This document shows, one piece after another, positions 19,754 to 29,492 of a stretch of 64,000 nt of DNA. Positions within the stretch are counted from its first letter, which is position 1, and every line of letters starts with the position of its first letter. This DNA is from an uncultured Mucilaginibacter sp. (GTDB taxonomy: Bacteria > Bacteroidota > Bacteroidia > Sphingobacteriales > Sphingobacteriaceae). The translations under genes were made by a program, and so were the position numbers. The notes beneath the pieces are model-generated. The model saw nothing but the letters and a program-made list of their open reading frames with translations. It was not told the DNA's origin and did not search any database. The DNA lies in contig CAXYKR010000343.1 of assembly GCA_964277815.1 (NCBI GenBank), positions 1,611 to 65,610 of the forward strand, in the 5' to 3' direction.

Positions 19754-20081
19754 AGAATGATTTGAGCACCGTAGCTACCACTACTAAGAAGATACAGCTT
19801 CCGAACCAGCTGGATGCCACCTTACCGGTATCATGCTCGCCATCATTCCACTTCTTGTAAACCTTAATAGCACCTACCAGGCCGACTAAAGCCCCAATGG
19901 CATACATTAAAGTGGTACCAGTGGTAAAGTAGCTTTTGACCTGCGTAGTTGCCTCCTGAATACCGGCATTACCGTCCTGTGCATACAAGGTGAAGGCGAA
20001 AAGGATAAATGCCAATGTGCCAAAGCATTTCTTCAACAGATGCCTCAGATCGTTATTTCTTTTTACTTGCTGTGTTTTCAT
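19743..20081 (-). CDS. traE: DUF4134-like small membrane protein (TraE position)
   Basis: 112 aa. Signal/TM, then ...GTTLMYAIGALVGLVGAIKVYKKWNDGEHDTGK..., typical of the TraE-like pilin-candidate family. Confidence 0.65.
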   Translation of the reverse strand: MKTQQVKRNNDLRHLLKKCFGTLAFILFAFTLYAQDGNAGIQEATTQVKSYFTTGTTLMYAIGALVGLVGAIKVYKKWNDGEHDTGKVASSWFGSCIFLVVVATVLKSFFGV

Positions 20082-20112
20082 GATTATTTATTTTAAAGGG
20101 TTTAAAAAAATG

Positions 20113-20646
20113 TTACTCGTTCAAGGCAGGCAGGTCATTGCTTATCAAGTCGAAAGGCAACTTTCCGTGCGATTCGTTCAAGATATGCTCAGTTACCTGT
20201 AGATAGTTTATTTGCGACTCGTATGGTTTATAAGAGGTAAGCAGAATGTTCAGCAATGAAATAAATTCTGATTTACTGTCAACGTCTGCGAAAGCATCAA
20301 TGAGTTTGTCCGTCTCATTAAGCAGTTGTGTTTGTGGCAAAAACTCAACGGGCTTTGCTGCTGTTGATTCAGCAACTGGTTCGTTTAAGTCTTCGTCGAT
20401 GTCGGCTTCCGCAAATTGTAACTCTTCGTCGGCTACGACGGTAATGCTTTGATCTTGCTTAGCTTGACCCATCACCGCAAAAGATGAAAGGGTGCTGGTT
20501 GGGGCAAGTAGCTGACCTGATTGCTTAGCTATAAAAAGATTGGTAATCTCGCGTTGATAGTAGCGAAGGATCACATACAGGTAGTAAGATGCGCTTATGA
20601 TAGCGATGGCTGCAAAATACTGCTGCCAGGAGATGGATGACAACAT
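20113..20646 (-). CDS. hypothetical protein with N-terminal TM and an acidic C-terminal region
   Basis: 177-aa ORF, first gene downstream of conserved motif copy A. TM segment FAAIAIISASYYLYVIL. Confidence 0.55.
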   Translation of the reverse strand: MLSSISWQQYFAAIAIISASYYLYVILRYYQREITNLFIAKQSGQLLAPTSTLSSFAVMGQAKQDQSITVVADEELQFAEADIDEDLNEPVAESTAAKPVEFLPQTQLLNETDKLIDAFADVDSKSEFISLLNILLTSYKPYESQINYLQVTEHILNESHGKLPFDLISNDLPALNE

Positions 20647-20720
20647 AACACTTTGATTTTAAAGACCATCTGCACCATGCAGCGATCTCGAAAGCAAAGG
20701 TTGGCCTATCCAAAAAACTT

Positions 20721-20746
20721 TTATCACACCTCATGTACAAGGTAGG
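20721..20746 (-). promoter_or_regulatory. conserved ICE motif, copy A (hairpin-containing, upstream of the tra operon)
   Basis: ttatcacacctcatgtacaaggtagg. 25 of 26 nt match copy B (26232-26257). It is outside the duplicated segment that explains copies B and C. Confidence 0.45.
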
Positions 20747-20790
20747 ATAAATTTTTTATAACATATTGAAAAACAAGTAGTTGAAAATGG

Positions 20791-21657
20791 CTATAATTTT
20801 AGCTTTTGCTGAATTGAGCCATCTTCATCCAATTTTTGATCCATTTTACGGAGTAAGGCAAGCTTTAACTTATCAAGTAATATGGTGCGATCCTTTTTTC
20901 GCCGCGTCATATCGGTGTATTTGTGATAGTACTGGCCAAGTTCGATATGAAAAACCGTTTGAAAAAAGCTAACAACCGTTTTGATCTCCGCATTGCCATT
21001 ATTAAATACGCCGGCAGCAACCAGCGCATAAATCAGTTCGATCAGATCGGTCTTTGAAAATGTCCAGGTGAGCGGAAGTTCGAGGCTCATCTCTGGCGGG
21101 CGCTCATCATGATTATTGAGCTTTTGAAGTTCAATATTTAAAAAGTCCTGGTATTTTTCGTTCGCGATAATATTCGAAAGCTTGTAGTCGTGGCTGGTTG
21201 AGTATACCTCATCCTCTTCAAATTTTTCCAGTTCCACATGTACATCAAACCCACCACGAGTAAAATACACCTCATCCATTTGGGTGGAACCTGAGCGGTA
21301 GTATTGATAAAAAGCGGCGTTATGATCGAAATAACGTTTAAGATCGGCCAGTTCAGAGTTGATATATTCTTTTAAATGATCATCGGCTCCTGTCGGCCTT
21401 TTCATTAGGTAATTATAGACGCTGATGAAGTAAATGTATTTACTGTAGAATTGAGGTTTTACTTCCTTAAAGAAATGGATCTCGTCTTCGACACTTTCAA
21501 AAGAATAGCTGGAGATGTAGCTTTTCAGCTTGGCCATTGCTTTTTTGCAAAGGATGATAGAAGCTTTGTATTGTTCGGCTAAAGGTTCGCCGTTTGTGGA
21601 AATTTCGTTTAATTGATTTTCTAAAGCGCTGTAGTAACGCTCGGTGATGGTACGCAT
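20791..21657 (-). CDS. RteC-like regulatory protein (tentative)
   Basis: 288 aa. Size, helical N-terminus and position between the coupling protein and the tra operon resemble RteC-domain proteins of Bacteroidota ICEs. Call from memory. Confidence 0.45.
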   Translation of the reverse strand: MRTITERYYSALENQLNEISTNGEPLAEQYKASIILCKKAMAKLKSYISSYSFESVEDEIHFFKEVKPQFYSKYIYFISVYNYLMKRPTGADDHLKEYINSELADLKRYFDHNAAFYQYYRSGSTQMDEVYFTRGGFDVHVELEKFEEDEVYSTSHDYKLSNIIANEKYQDFLNIELQKLNNHDERPPEMSLELPLTWTFSKTDLIELIYALVAAGVFNNGNAEIKTVVSFFQTVFHIELGQYYHKYTDMTRRKKDRTILLDKLKLALLRKMDQKLDEDGSIQQKLKL

Positions 21658-21785
21658 ATGGATTTGGATTAGGTAATTAGGATTATTGCTTAATACGCAA
21701 AATAAGAATAACGTGTTACGACAAGCTATTCGTTTAACTTCACCTTAAATCAATATTACGTTAATATGACGATCACCATTATTAC

Positions 21786-23720
21786 TTAAGAGTTAACTAC
21801 GACGTCTTGAACAATAGCCTTTATGTCATTTTTGATCTGCTGGTAATTACGCAGGACTTCCGCCTGATCAATATCTCGAACGGTGGGGATAGGTTGATAA
21901 TTCAACTCCTCGTTGCGAATACTGTCGTGGTCATTTTGAATCTCATTATGGAATACTTTTAAGCTGATCTTATTGGTAGGGTCGTCGGCTACCATGCCCA
22001 CAAATTCACCCGAAGATAGTCCTGCAATTTTGGAAGCGGGTATCGCAAAGTCCAGTTGAGTAGAGCGGCTCACCGAGGTATCCTGGCTGTTGATGGATAC
22101 ACTTTCTTTTTGTTGGTTAATTTTTCCGAAGCGTTCTGACAACTGTTTGGCTGTATCGCCTGTTACCTGCCCGCAAATAATATTACCTACGATATTCATA
22201 ATAACCTCTGCCTGATCACGACCATAATCCTTTTTAAGCTGGCTATAGTCCTGAACCGCCAATGTCACCGCTACCTTATTTGACCTTGCTGTAGCGATAA
22301 GGTTGTCTATGCCATTGAAGTAAATAGTTGGGAACTCATCGAAGATCATGCTGCATTTCTGGCGGTTCTTTTGGTTGACCAGCTTGTTAATGCGGTTGAT
22401 ATACAAGGACAGCACAGCACCGTTCACCTGTGATTTTTGCGGATTGTTGGCAAGGCAGACGATCTTCGGTTCATCAGGATTATTTATGTCTAGAGAGAAA
22501 TCATTGCCACTTAACACATAATAAAGCTGCGGTGATGATAGCCGCGCCAAACTGATTTTAGCGCTTGCCACCTGACCTTCTAACTGTTCATAGGCTTCAT
22601 TCTGCCAGGCAGAAATAAAAGGATTGATCAATACCTCGATTTCAGATTCCTGTAGCAATACTTCAAACAATTCCTTGTAATCCACCTGAGCTAACTCAAT
22701 AACATGCGGTAAAGTACAAAAGCGGCCATCTTGGTACTTTCGCAGAAACCACATGATCGCTGTGATAAAGTTGATCGGTGATTCCACAAAAAAGTCTCCC
22801 TGCTTTTTGATCCATTCCCGATTTAAACCCAACATAATCGTTCGGCTGGCGTCAATAGCATCTGTTATATCCAGCATGGTTTCTGGCTCCAGTGGATTCG
22901 CGCGGTGCATGATCTGTTCGAGGTTAATCACATACTGGGTCGGTTTGACCTTGTACAAGTGACCATGTTGAAGCAAGGCGTTATAGGCGATCTTGGTTAG
23001 GTCATCATACTTAAAATCATAGATCAGCATGGAAAAACCTTTTTGAATATGTTGGGTGATAATGTGGCGGATAACAAAGTAAGATTTACCTGAACCCGGA
23101 CTGCCACCTATCAATGTGCCACGGAAAGGGTTGATGATATTGATCCAGCTTTTACGCGCTTTACCTTTTAGGTGGTAGATAGCAGGCAAGTTAATCGAAT
23201 ACTCATTTTCAAGGTACCGCTCTTCCTGTGGAAATGATTCGTTGGCCTTGTTAAAAATGTCATCAGCCAGCTTCAATTTGAGCATTCTGAACAGGGCACT
23301 TAGTCCTGACAAGATCAGTAGATACCCTAACGAGGTTATGCCGATATAAAGTGATGCCCTGATTGATACCGGATAGTTGACGTGGAGGAATACTGCACTG
23401 ATAAAGTATAACAGCAAGCCAGTCAAGGCATAGGTAGTGATTGTTTTAAAATTAATCTTCTCATCTTTCTTTCCCTTGCTGCCTAACAAGGAAATCATCA
23501 AAGCGCACAGTGCTGCAAGTTTTGCATATAGTACACTTTTGAAGACTGTCATTTTTGAGACAGACAGTAGAATACTGTTAATAACCGGCTTTGCCAATCC
23601 CCAATTCTGAAATGCGGCATAGCAGGAGATATAAAAATGAAGGATAAGAATTGCCAGGCTGATAAACCGGGTAAAATCAATGATCCTTCTTAAAGCTTGT
23701 TCGTTTTCACCTGTTTGCAT
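21786..23720 (-). CDS. type IV coupling protein (TraD/TraG/VirD4 family)
   Basis: 644 aa. N-terminal TM helices, Walker A LIGGSPGSGKSYFV, Walker B-like MIFDEFP. Confidence 0.85.
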   Translation of the reverse strand: MQTGENEQALRRIIDFTRFISLAILILHFYISCYAAFQNWGLAKPVINSILLSVSKMTVFKSVLYAKLAALCALMISLLGSKGKKDEKINFKTITTYALTGLLLYFISAVFLHVNYPVSIRASLYIGITSLGYLLILSGLSALFRMLKLKLADDIFNKANESFPQEERYLENEYSINLPAIYHLKGKARKSWINIINPFRGTLIGGSPGSGKSYFVIRHIITQHIQKGFSMLIYDFKYDDLTKIAYNALLQHGHLYKVKPTQYVINLEQIMHRANPLEPETMLDITDAIDASRTIMLGLNREWIKKQGDFFVESPINFITAIMWFLRKYQDGRFCTLPHVIELAQVDYKELFEVLLQESEIEVLINPFISAWQNEAYEQLEGQVASAKISLARLSSPQLYYVLSGNDFSLDINNPDEPKIVCLANNPQKSQVNGAVLSLYINRINKLVNQKNRQKCSMIFDEFPTIYFNGIDNLIATARSNKVAVTLAVQDYSQLKKDYGRDQAEVIMNIVGNIICGQVTGDTAKQLSERFGKINQQKESVSINSQDTSVSRSTQLDFAIPASKIAGLSSGEFVGMVADDPTNKISLKVFHNEIQNDHDSIRNEELNYQPIPTVRDIDQAEVLRNYQQIKNDIKAIVQDVVVNS

Positions 23721-23731
23721 AACCGTAAAAT

Positions 23732-24985
23732 TTAAAGTGAATGTCCTCTGCGTTTTTTCTTGCGCTTTCTTTGCTGTAGCCTGCCGATGGCTGCCATATC
23801 TTGTTTTTCCTCCTGGTATAAGGCTTCTAGGAATGCACTGCCACCGTTGAAGTTGTTATTACCGTTTATTCCTGTGTTATCAGGCAAATGTTTATTGCCG
23901 TATAGATCAACGTTATGGCTTGGTCTAATGCCTCCTTCTGATCGTGCAAAGAATTGTGAAAGGCTGTTTGCGCTATAGATTTTGCCTAAATCACTGCCGT
24001 TGAACACAGCTTTAGTTTTATGATCGACAAAGGTCACCCCATATAACCGGCCATCCTCACTGTGCCTAAAAATGGCTTCAATATTCTGTTCCTTAACCTT
24101 TAACTGAAACTCGGTTTTACCAATCGGTTTGTTCAGCAGATCTTCAATCGCCTGCTTTACCTGCTCTTTTAGTGATTTCCGTAGCACCTCATTTAAAGCA
24201 AAGCGTCCTTCCAACGTTTTTAACGTTGGTTTACCGTAGATACTGCTGGCCTTGATAGGAACGCCGATCTTGCCACCTTTACCATCCAGTGCCCAGTATA
24301 CCAACCCGTTTTTCTCATACATTCTGGATTCTTTTGAACCCCGGTCAGCCGTCACGTTAAAGCCGTTCAGAACCGCGTTGAATTCCGGGATACTGGTAAA
24401 CTTGTATGTTCGCAATACCTCACTTACGACATTAGTGATGGCACGTTTGGTTTCGGATTTCCCGTAAGCTACTTGTTCCAGGGAAAGTGATTTTACATTA
24501 TACTGTGCTTTACCCTGATCCTCTGCCTTGACTAACCCGTGGTTTAGTTCTACTTGTTTTCTCGACTGCTCTGACGCTTTATTGGCCAGCAAATGAAAAC
24601 TGATCCGTTCACCATCCGGCTTGATGTTGGTGGACACCAAATGCAGGTGTGGATGGCCAGCATCGTAATGCTGGTAGACAAGGTAAGGCTGCTTACCAAA
24701 CCCTAAGCCTTCCATATAGTCATCCGCAATTTGCTGAAGTGTCCATTTGTCCAAATTTTCACCAACTGCAAAGTTTAACGACACGTGCAAGGCATTGACC
24801 TGCGTGCGTTCATTCCGTTTAGTCAGGTCAGATAACCGGTTCACCTTATCGCTGAATGAGAGGTCAAACGGCTCCTTTAAATAACCCTGTGCCAGGATCA
24901 ATTCGGCCTTCCCTAAGCGCACCTTATGCTCGTTATAATTTATTGCTCCTAGGACGCTTCGTCCGGTTTTAATTTTTGCGACCAT
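23732..24985 (-). CDS. relaxase / mobilisation nuclease
   Basis: MVAKIKTGRSVLGAINYNEHKV... with His cluster YQHYDAGHPHLHLVSTNI, typical of the relaxase/mobilisation nuclease domain. Confidence 0.85.
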   Translation of the reverse strand: MVAKIKTGRSVLGAINYNEHKVRLGKAELILAQGYLKEPFDLSFSDKVNRLSDLTKRNERTQVNALHVSLNFAVGENLDKWTLQQIADDYMEGLGFGKQPYLVYQHYDAGHPHLHLVSTNIKPDGERISFHLLANKASEQSRKQVELNHGLVKAEDQGKAQYNVKSLSLEQVAYGKSETKRAITNVVSEVLRTYKFTSIPEFNAVLNGFNVTADRGSKESRMYEKNGLVYWALDGKGGKIGVPIKASSIYGKPTLKTLEGRFALNEVLRKSLKEQVKQAIEDLLNKPIGKTEFQLKVKEQNIEAIFRHSEDGRLYGVTFVDHKTKAVFNGSDLGKIYSANSLSQFFARSEGGIRPSHNVDLYGNKHLPDNTGINGNNNFNGGSAFLEALYQEEKQDMAAIGRLQQRKRKKKRRGHSL

Positions 24986-25362
24986 AGTTCTGAAAAGTTT
25001 TGCATGCAGTCTTTGATCTGGACGATGGCCGGGTCAACCTTGGTGCCGATGATCGACATAAGCGACAGCCATAAACGGTTATCTGCGGAACCATGCGCTG
25101 CGTTGATTTGACGGACTGCCTGGTTCAAATTGTTACCAATGGCGTTGAGTTCCCGGCGCAGCAAAGACAGCTCTTCAAGCATCTCATCCATGGACTTGTC
25201 CCGGTAATTTACGGTGATCGGTTTCTCCAGCAAGACGCATCTGATGTACTCGCTCATCTTGCGGAAGCGAGTCTTTTTAAACCGCCTGTCGATCAGTAAA
25301 TATTCACCGGGTTTAAACCTCGTGGTAATCTTTCGTAACCTGTTTTCTTCTTCATTTTCCAT
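24949..25362 (-). CDS. MobC/BfmA-type relaxosome accessory protein
   Basis: 137 aa. ITTRFKPGEYLLIDRRF (RHH-like) and LNAIGNNLNQAVRQIN motifs. Overlaps the relaxase start by 37 nt. Confidence 0.7.
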   Translation of the reverse strand: MENEEENRLRKITTRFKPGEYLLIDRRFKKTRFRKMSEYIRCVLLEKPITVNYRDKSMDEMLEELSLLRRELNAIGNNLNQAVRQINAAHGSADNRLWLSLMSIIGTKVDPAIVQIKDCMQNFSELWSQKLKPDEAS

Positions 25363-25376
25363 AACTCACATCTTCT

Positions 25377-25458
25377 AAAAATCCGACTTCGGAGGATTTT
25401 TGAAATGCCCCCGGACTGACTTCGGAAGGGAGGGCAGGATTCCGTTGTCCGACAACGG
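25377..25458. other. candidate oriT region
   Basis: Intergenic region directly upstream of the mob genes. Imperfect IR aaaaatccgacttcggaggattttt (25377-25401). gacttcgga is repeated at 25385 and 25418. Perfect 7-bp IR ccgttgt-ccg-acaacgg (25442-25458). Confidence 0.4.
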
Positions 25459-25529
25459 TTTATCTTGCTGATTGCTCAAAAATGCTATCTCATCCTTTTG
25501 CAAAGTCTTCGATTTGGATTTGTTCAACA

Positions 25530-25859
25530 TCAATCACTCATTAACGACTCACTGTAAAATGGAGACAGCCTAAGCCTGCGTTTCACGTCCTGCTGATGGT
25601 TGTAAATCCACTCGGCTGCGCATACTTTCCAGTTATAAATCGTACCGCCAGTCGGCGTCTTCCACCCACGAGCAGCATGCTCGTTGAAGAACTCGTCAGC
25701 CATTTCGGCTTCGCCCTTTTGGTCAAAGTAGATCAGCAAAACGTCCTTATCGGGTGGCATAGTTGTCCCCAGGCCGTCATGAATTTGCAAAGTGTTTTTG
25801 CTGCTTTTGCTGACCTCCTTTGGCTGTCTCGGTATAGTCCGTTTGGCCTTGCGTTTCAT
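25530..25859 (-). CDS. hypothetical protein (109 aa)
   Basis: ATGA overlap with the upstream HTH gene (tcat at 25856-25859). Basic N-terminus. No family recognised. Confidence 0.55.
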   Translation of the reverse strand: MKRKAKRTIPRQPKEVSKSSKNTLQIHDGLGTTMPPDKDVLLIYFDQKGEAEMADEFFNEHAARGWKTPTGGTIYNWKVCAAEWIYNHQQDVKRRLRLSPFYSESLMSD

Positions 25860-26185
25860 GCCATTTTCATCTGATCGTTCAACTTGCCGGAAGCCATCAG
25901 CTTTTCAATTTCCTCGGAATTGTAGTAGGTTATACCACCTAATTTTTTGAAAGGGATCAAGCCTTTATCCCGAAGGTATTGCAGTTTGCTTTCAGAAAGC
26001 CGGAGCATTTTTTTGATCTCAAAAGCTTTCAACCATTGGTGGCCTGGCTGGCCGGATTGTTCCTTGAGCAACTTCTTAATATCTACGATTAGTTGTTGCT
26101 TAAAGTCTAGCAGGTCCTGAACGGTAATCAGCTGATCACGGTTTACTTTAGGAAAGTCATGTTGGATTTCATTATGATTTGCCAT
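25856..26185 (-). CDS. excisionase-like / MerR-type HTH DNA-binding protein
   Basis: LKAFEIKKMLRLSESKLQYLRDKGLIPFKKLGGITYYNSEEIEKL is an HTH_17-type motif. First gene of the mob-proximal operon. Confidence 0.7.
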   Translation of the reverse strand: MANHNEIQHDFPKVNRDQLITVQDLLDFKQQLIVDIKKLLKEQSGQPGHQWLKAFEIKKMLRLSESKLQYLRDKGLIPFKKLGGITYYNSEEIEKLMASGKLNDQMKMA

Positions 26186-26231
26186 AGCTTAAAATTTAGC
26201 AACAGCAAATGTGAAGAACTGCAAAATAAAT

Positions 26232-26260
26232 TTATCACACCTCATGTACGAGGTAGGGTA
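26232..26260 (-). promoter_or_regulatory. conserved ICE motif, copy B (upstream of the HTH/mob operon)
   Basis: ttatcacacctcatgtacgaggtagggta containing the IR acctc-atgtac-gaggt. 47 nt upstream of the ATG at 26185. Confidence 0.45.
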
Positions 26261-26403
26261 TTTTATAGCTGAAGTTTTGATTTATTTCTTATTAAACGAT
26301 AGAGAATGTTCAGTTATCCTGTGTTGGCCTAGGATAATCAACACTTCATTATGTCATGAGTGCTTTTTTACGATTTAGCTTGGTTTTAGACAAGTAGGAG
26401 ATT

Positions 26404-28371
26404 TTAAAACAGACTGGCTTGTTCGCCCGATCCTGTTTGAAGATTTTGATAGTTCTTAATTAATTTCAGAATAGTTTGTCCGTAGTTGTTCGCTTTTACT
26501 GACCCGACGCCTTTGATCGCACCAAGTGCTTTCAGAGTAGACGGCAATTTTGAGGCAATGGTGTTTATGGTTTGATCACTTAGGATCATAGAAGGCATAA
26601 CTTTTTCGGAAATAGCAACATCCTTACGCCAAATAATCAAGTTTTTAACCAACGGCTCATTTGGATGGGCGCTGACGGCATTGCTGAATTCTTTAAAGGA
26701 ACCCCTCTCTTTCCGCTTTTGAGATAGATAGTCATTCGTGGAAAATTCATGCTTTGCGAAAAATGCCATGTGTTCCGATTTTTGGATCAATTTATCCATG
26801 ATACCGTCGGCTTTCAAGGCTTGTGCTTTCGATTCGGTCGTTTTTTGCAGGATGGCTTGTATGCCTGGCACTGCTTTTATTAAATGCTCATGAAAATAGC
26901 TGGCGGCTTTTTGTATTCGGTCTGAGGAGTAATTCGGTAACTCGGAGCGCATTTTTTCCGCCACTTCAAAAATACTATTGTTGATAAGTAACAAGGCATC
27001 TGAGTATTTTTCTAATTGAGCGTTAAAAGCAGAAAAACTATATAGTTCTTGTAAAAGAAACTTTCGATAGACTTCTTGATCAGTTTTTAGAGTTTGGTCG
27101 CTGGGTGTAAGCTTTGCTGCTTTGCTATCAAAATCTTTGACATAAGGGTCAGCAATGATGTTTGCTTTTGTAACGACATTTTTAAGTACTAAACCTTCCA
27201 ATGTGCGGCAGCGGCTTAGTGCAACGTAGGCTTGGCCTGGTGCAAATGCTTCGCTGACATCGATGATGGCTTTGTCGAACGTCAGCCCTTGACTTTTATG
27301 AACAGTTATCGCCCATGCCAGTTTGAGTGGAATTTGTGTAAAACTTCCCGCGGTGGTTTCGCCGATTTGGTTATCCTCCAAGCTATATTTAACGTTTGAC
27401 CATTCTATCGCCTGCACTTCGATTTCTCGATCATCGCATCGTACACGCACGGAATCCTTAGTTAGAGCTACGACTTGGCCAATCTTGCCATTAAAATAGA
27501 GTTTTGAAGCGGAGGTATCGTTTTTAAGAAACATAACCTGCGCGCCAGGTTTGAGTTGCAGTTTTATATCTGCCGGGTGCGCATCAGGCGGGAACTCTCC
27601 CCGTATCGTTGCATGATATTCAGTTAGTTCGCCACTCAGTGCATTCAACTTGTTTTCATTGATCCCTTGTACAATCCGGTTGTGAGTAGTTAGGACGATA
27701 TGATCCGATAATTGTGTCGTTTCTGGTTGATAGCGCCGATTGAGTATTGACAGAGTTTCATCGTTGATTTGCTGTGTTCTAACTTGATTAAGTATTTCGA
27801 TAAATAGGGGATCGTTTTGGCGAAACACTTCGGTTAATTCGATACGGACGAACCCCGCTTTTTGTAAAGCTTTCGCGCTAAAAAAATAAGGAGTATTATA
27901 ATAGTTGCGGAGTACGGACCATTCTTCATCACGTATGATAGGACTTAATTGAGAGAGATCGCCGATAAGCAAGAGCTGAACGCCGCCAAATGGATGATCG
28001 TTTTGTTTGATGTTCCTTAAGATTAAATCAACGCGATCAATAACATCGGGCCGCACCATACTGATCTCGTCGATTATCAATAGCTCCAAAGCCAGAAAGA
28101 GGTCACGCTTTTCAGGGGCAAAATGGATATCTGGGCGCTCGTTTGTATTCGGCAACAAAGGCCCAAAGGATAATTGGAATAATGAATGAATAGTCATACC
28201 ACCAGCATTGATCGCCGCAACCCCGGTTGGTGCTACGACAGCCAGTTTTTTTGGCGAACTTTGCCGTACCTTACGTAAGAAAGTGGTTTTTCCGGTGCCT
28301 GCTTTACCCGTTAAAAATAAGATACGGTTGGTATCGTGGATATAATTATCGGCAAGTTGCAGTAAGTTCAT
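26404..28371 (-). CDS. Pif1/RecD-type SF1B helicase with a C-terminal HRDC-like domain
   Basis: Preferred start MNLLQLADNY (ATGA overlap with the upstream stop, 28368-28371). Walker A LTGKAGTGKTTFL, motif II LLIIDEISMV, HKSQGLTFD, ALSRCRTLEGL. C-terminus LSDQTINTIASKLPSTLKALGAIKGVGSVKANNYGQ is HRDC-like. Confidence 0.8.
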   Translation of the reverse strand: MNLLQLADNYIHDTNRILFLTGKAGTGKTTFLRKVRQSSPKKLAVVAPTGVAAINAGGMTIHSLFQLSFGPLLPNTNERPDIHFAPEKRDLFLALELLIIDEISMVRPDVIDRVDLILRNIKQNDHPFGGVQLLLIGDLSQLSPIIRDEEWSVLRNYYNTPYFFSAKALQKAGFVRIELTEVFRQNDPLFIEILNQVRTQQINDETLSILNRRYQPETTQLSDHIVLTTHNRIVQGINENKLNALSGELTEYHATIRGEFPPDAHPADIKLQLKPGAQVMFLKNDTSASKLYFNGKIGQVVALTKDSVRVRCDDREIEVQAIEWSNVKYSLEDNQIGETTAGSFTQIPLKLAWAITVHKSQGLTFDKAIIDVSEAFAPGQAYVALSRCRTLEGLVLKNVVTKANIIADPYVKDFDSKAAKLTPSDQTLKTDQEVYRKFLLQELYSFSAFNAQLEKYSDALLLINNSIFEVAEKMRSELPNYSSDRIQKAASYFHEHLIKAVPGIQAILQKTTESKAQALKADGIMDKLIQKSEHMAFFAKHEFSTNDYLSQKRKERGSFKEFSNAVSAHPNEPLVKNLIIWRKDVAISEKVMPSMILSDQTINTIASKLPSTLKALGAIKGVGSVKANNYGQTILKLIKNYQNLQTGSGEQASLF

Positions 28372-29492
28372 GTTAATGGAGAAAGGATATGACTCACGGC
28401 TTGTTTTTCCCAATTTTTGTAGTTGGCTGGGTCTCGTTCAAATTGTTGCCATGCTGTATGCATTAAACTGATCCAACTGGAGGGGTCGCCAACGTAATCA
28501 GAGAATTTGATCGGATTGGCTTCTGTTAACATATCATCCAGAGCCTGGGTTACGTCCGAAGCCCATTTGTTCTCATAAAAACCATAGTAATCTGCGGGTG
28601 CTGCCAAAGCTTTTGCGATGGTTTGCCATTCCTTTTCGAGTTTATCAGCTTCCTGGTGCAAGCCTAACTGTCGACACCTGCTTGCGATAAAAGTAATACG
28701 TAAATAGGTGACCGGATGACTGCTATTAAACAGGTCTTTCTCGGTACGGTAAAATGCGGAGCGTCCTTGCATACGTAGGTAAAAGCTAAAAGCACGGACA
28801 TAAGTTGAGCCACCGATCTCTACGCCTACAGCATCACAAAACAGTTCCTGAAGCCAGTCATACCAAGTTTCAACCATTTGGCGGGCTCTTTCCGTGTCGG
28901 CTTCGGAATCTGCGTCATTTTTGCGAACTGCTGGCATCAGGTAGCCGTTCAGCTTTTTCTGAAATTCCCGCACAAGGTCATCCATTTCAGCGCGGTGATG
29001 CTGGTATAAGTAATGACCGAGCTCGTGAAAGAATAACGGCATGTACAATAAACTTTGCTGAGCCGCTATCGGTAGATAATAGCTAACTGGAAAATCAACG
29101 GTCGGGTAGATCGCAAAGTCACCGTCTAATACCAAAAATGGTTTTTGTATAGTTTGCGAATGAGCACCATGGAGCCAGTGCAGCAGTTTCAAGGTGATGG
29201 CATCATTACGATGCGTTCTGTACAAACCTGGCAGGTATCTGCCATCCAGTACTCGGAATGTCTGTTGCAGGCTCGAAAACTCGTTGAAGATATCGACGTA
29301 GATACTTTCCTCCCCTAAATCTGTCAAGAATGCCAGGCGCTGTAAGGTAGTGCGAATATCCGTATAAAAAGAGGATAACCAAGCCTGGAAAAGTCCAAGT
29401 TCAGCGGGAACGCTTTTTGCAGACACAATACCAATAGTGGCATCAAGTTCTCGCACAAAGTCGTTGATGGAATCGGTTAATATTTTTTTCAT
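28368..29492 (-). CDS. zincin-like protein with a HELGH motif (possibly ImmA/IrrE M78-like)
   Basis: 374 aa. Single HExxH at LFFHELGHYLYQHH. The start codon shares 1 nt with the upstream stop (29492) and the stop overlaps the helicase ATG. The rest is unrecognised. Confidence 0.55.
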   Translation of the reverse strand: MKKILTDSINDFVRELDATIGIVSAKSVPAELGLFQAWLSSFYTDIRTTLQRLAFLTDLGEESIYVDIFNEFSSLQQTFRVLDGRYLPGLYRTHRNDAITLKLLHWLHGAHSQTIQKPFLVLDGDFAIYPTVDFPVSYYLPIAAQQSLLYMPLFFHELGHYLYQHHRAEMDDLVREFQKKLNGYLMPAVRKNDADSEADTERARQMVETWYDWLQELFCDAVGVEIGGSTYVRAFSFYLRMQGRSAFYRTEKDLFNSSHPVTYLRITFIASRCRQLGLHQEADKLEKEWQTIAKALAAPADYYGFYENKWASDVTQALDDMLTEANPIKFSDYVGDPSSWISLMHTAWQQFERDPANYKNWEKQAVSHILSPLT

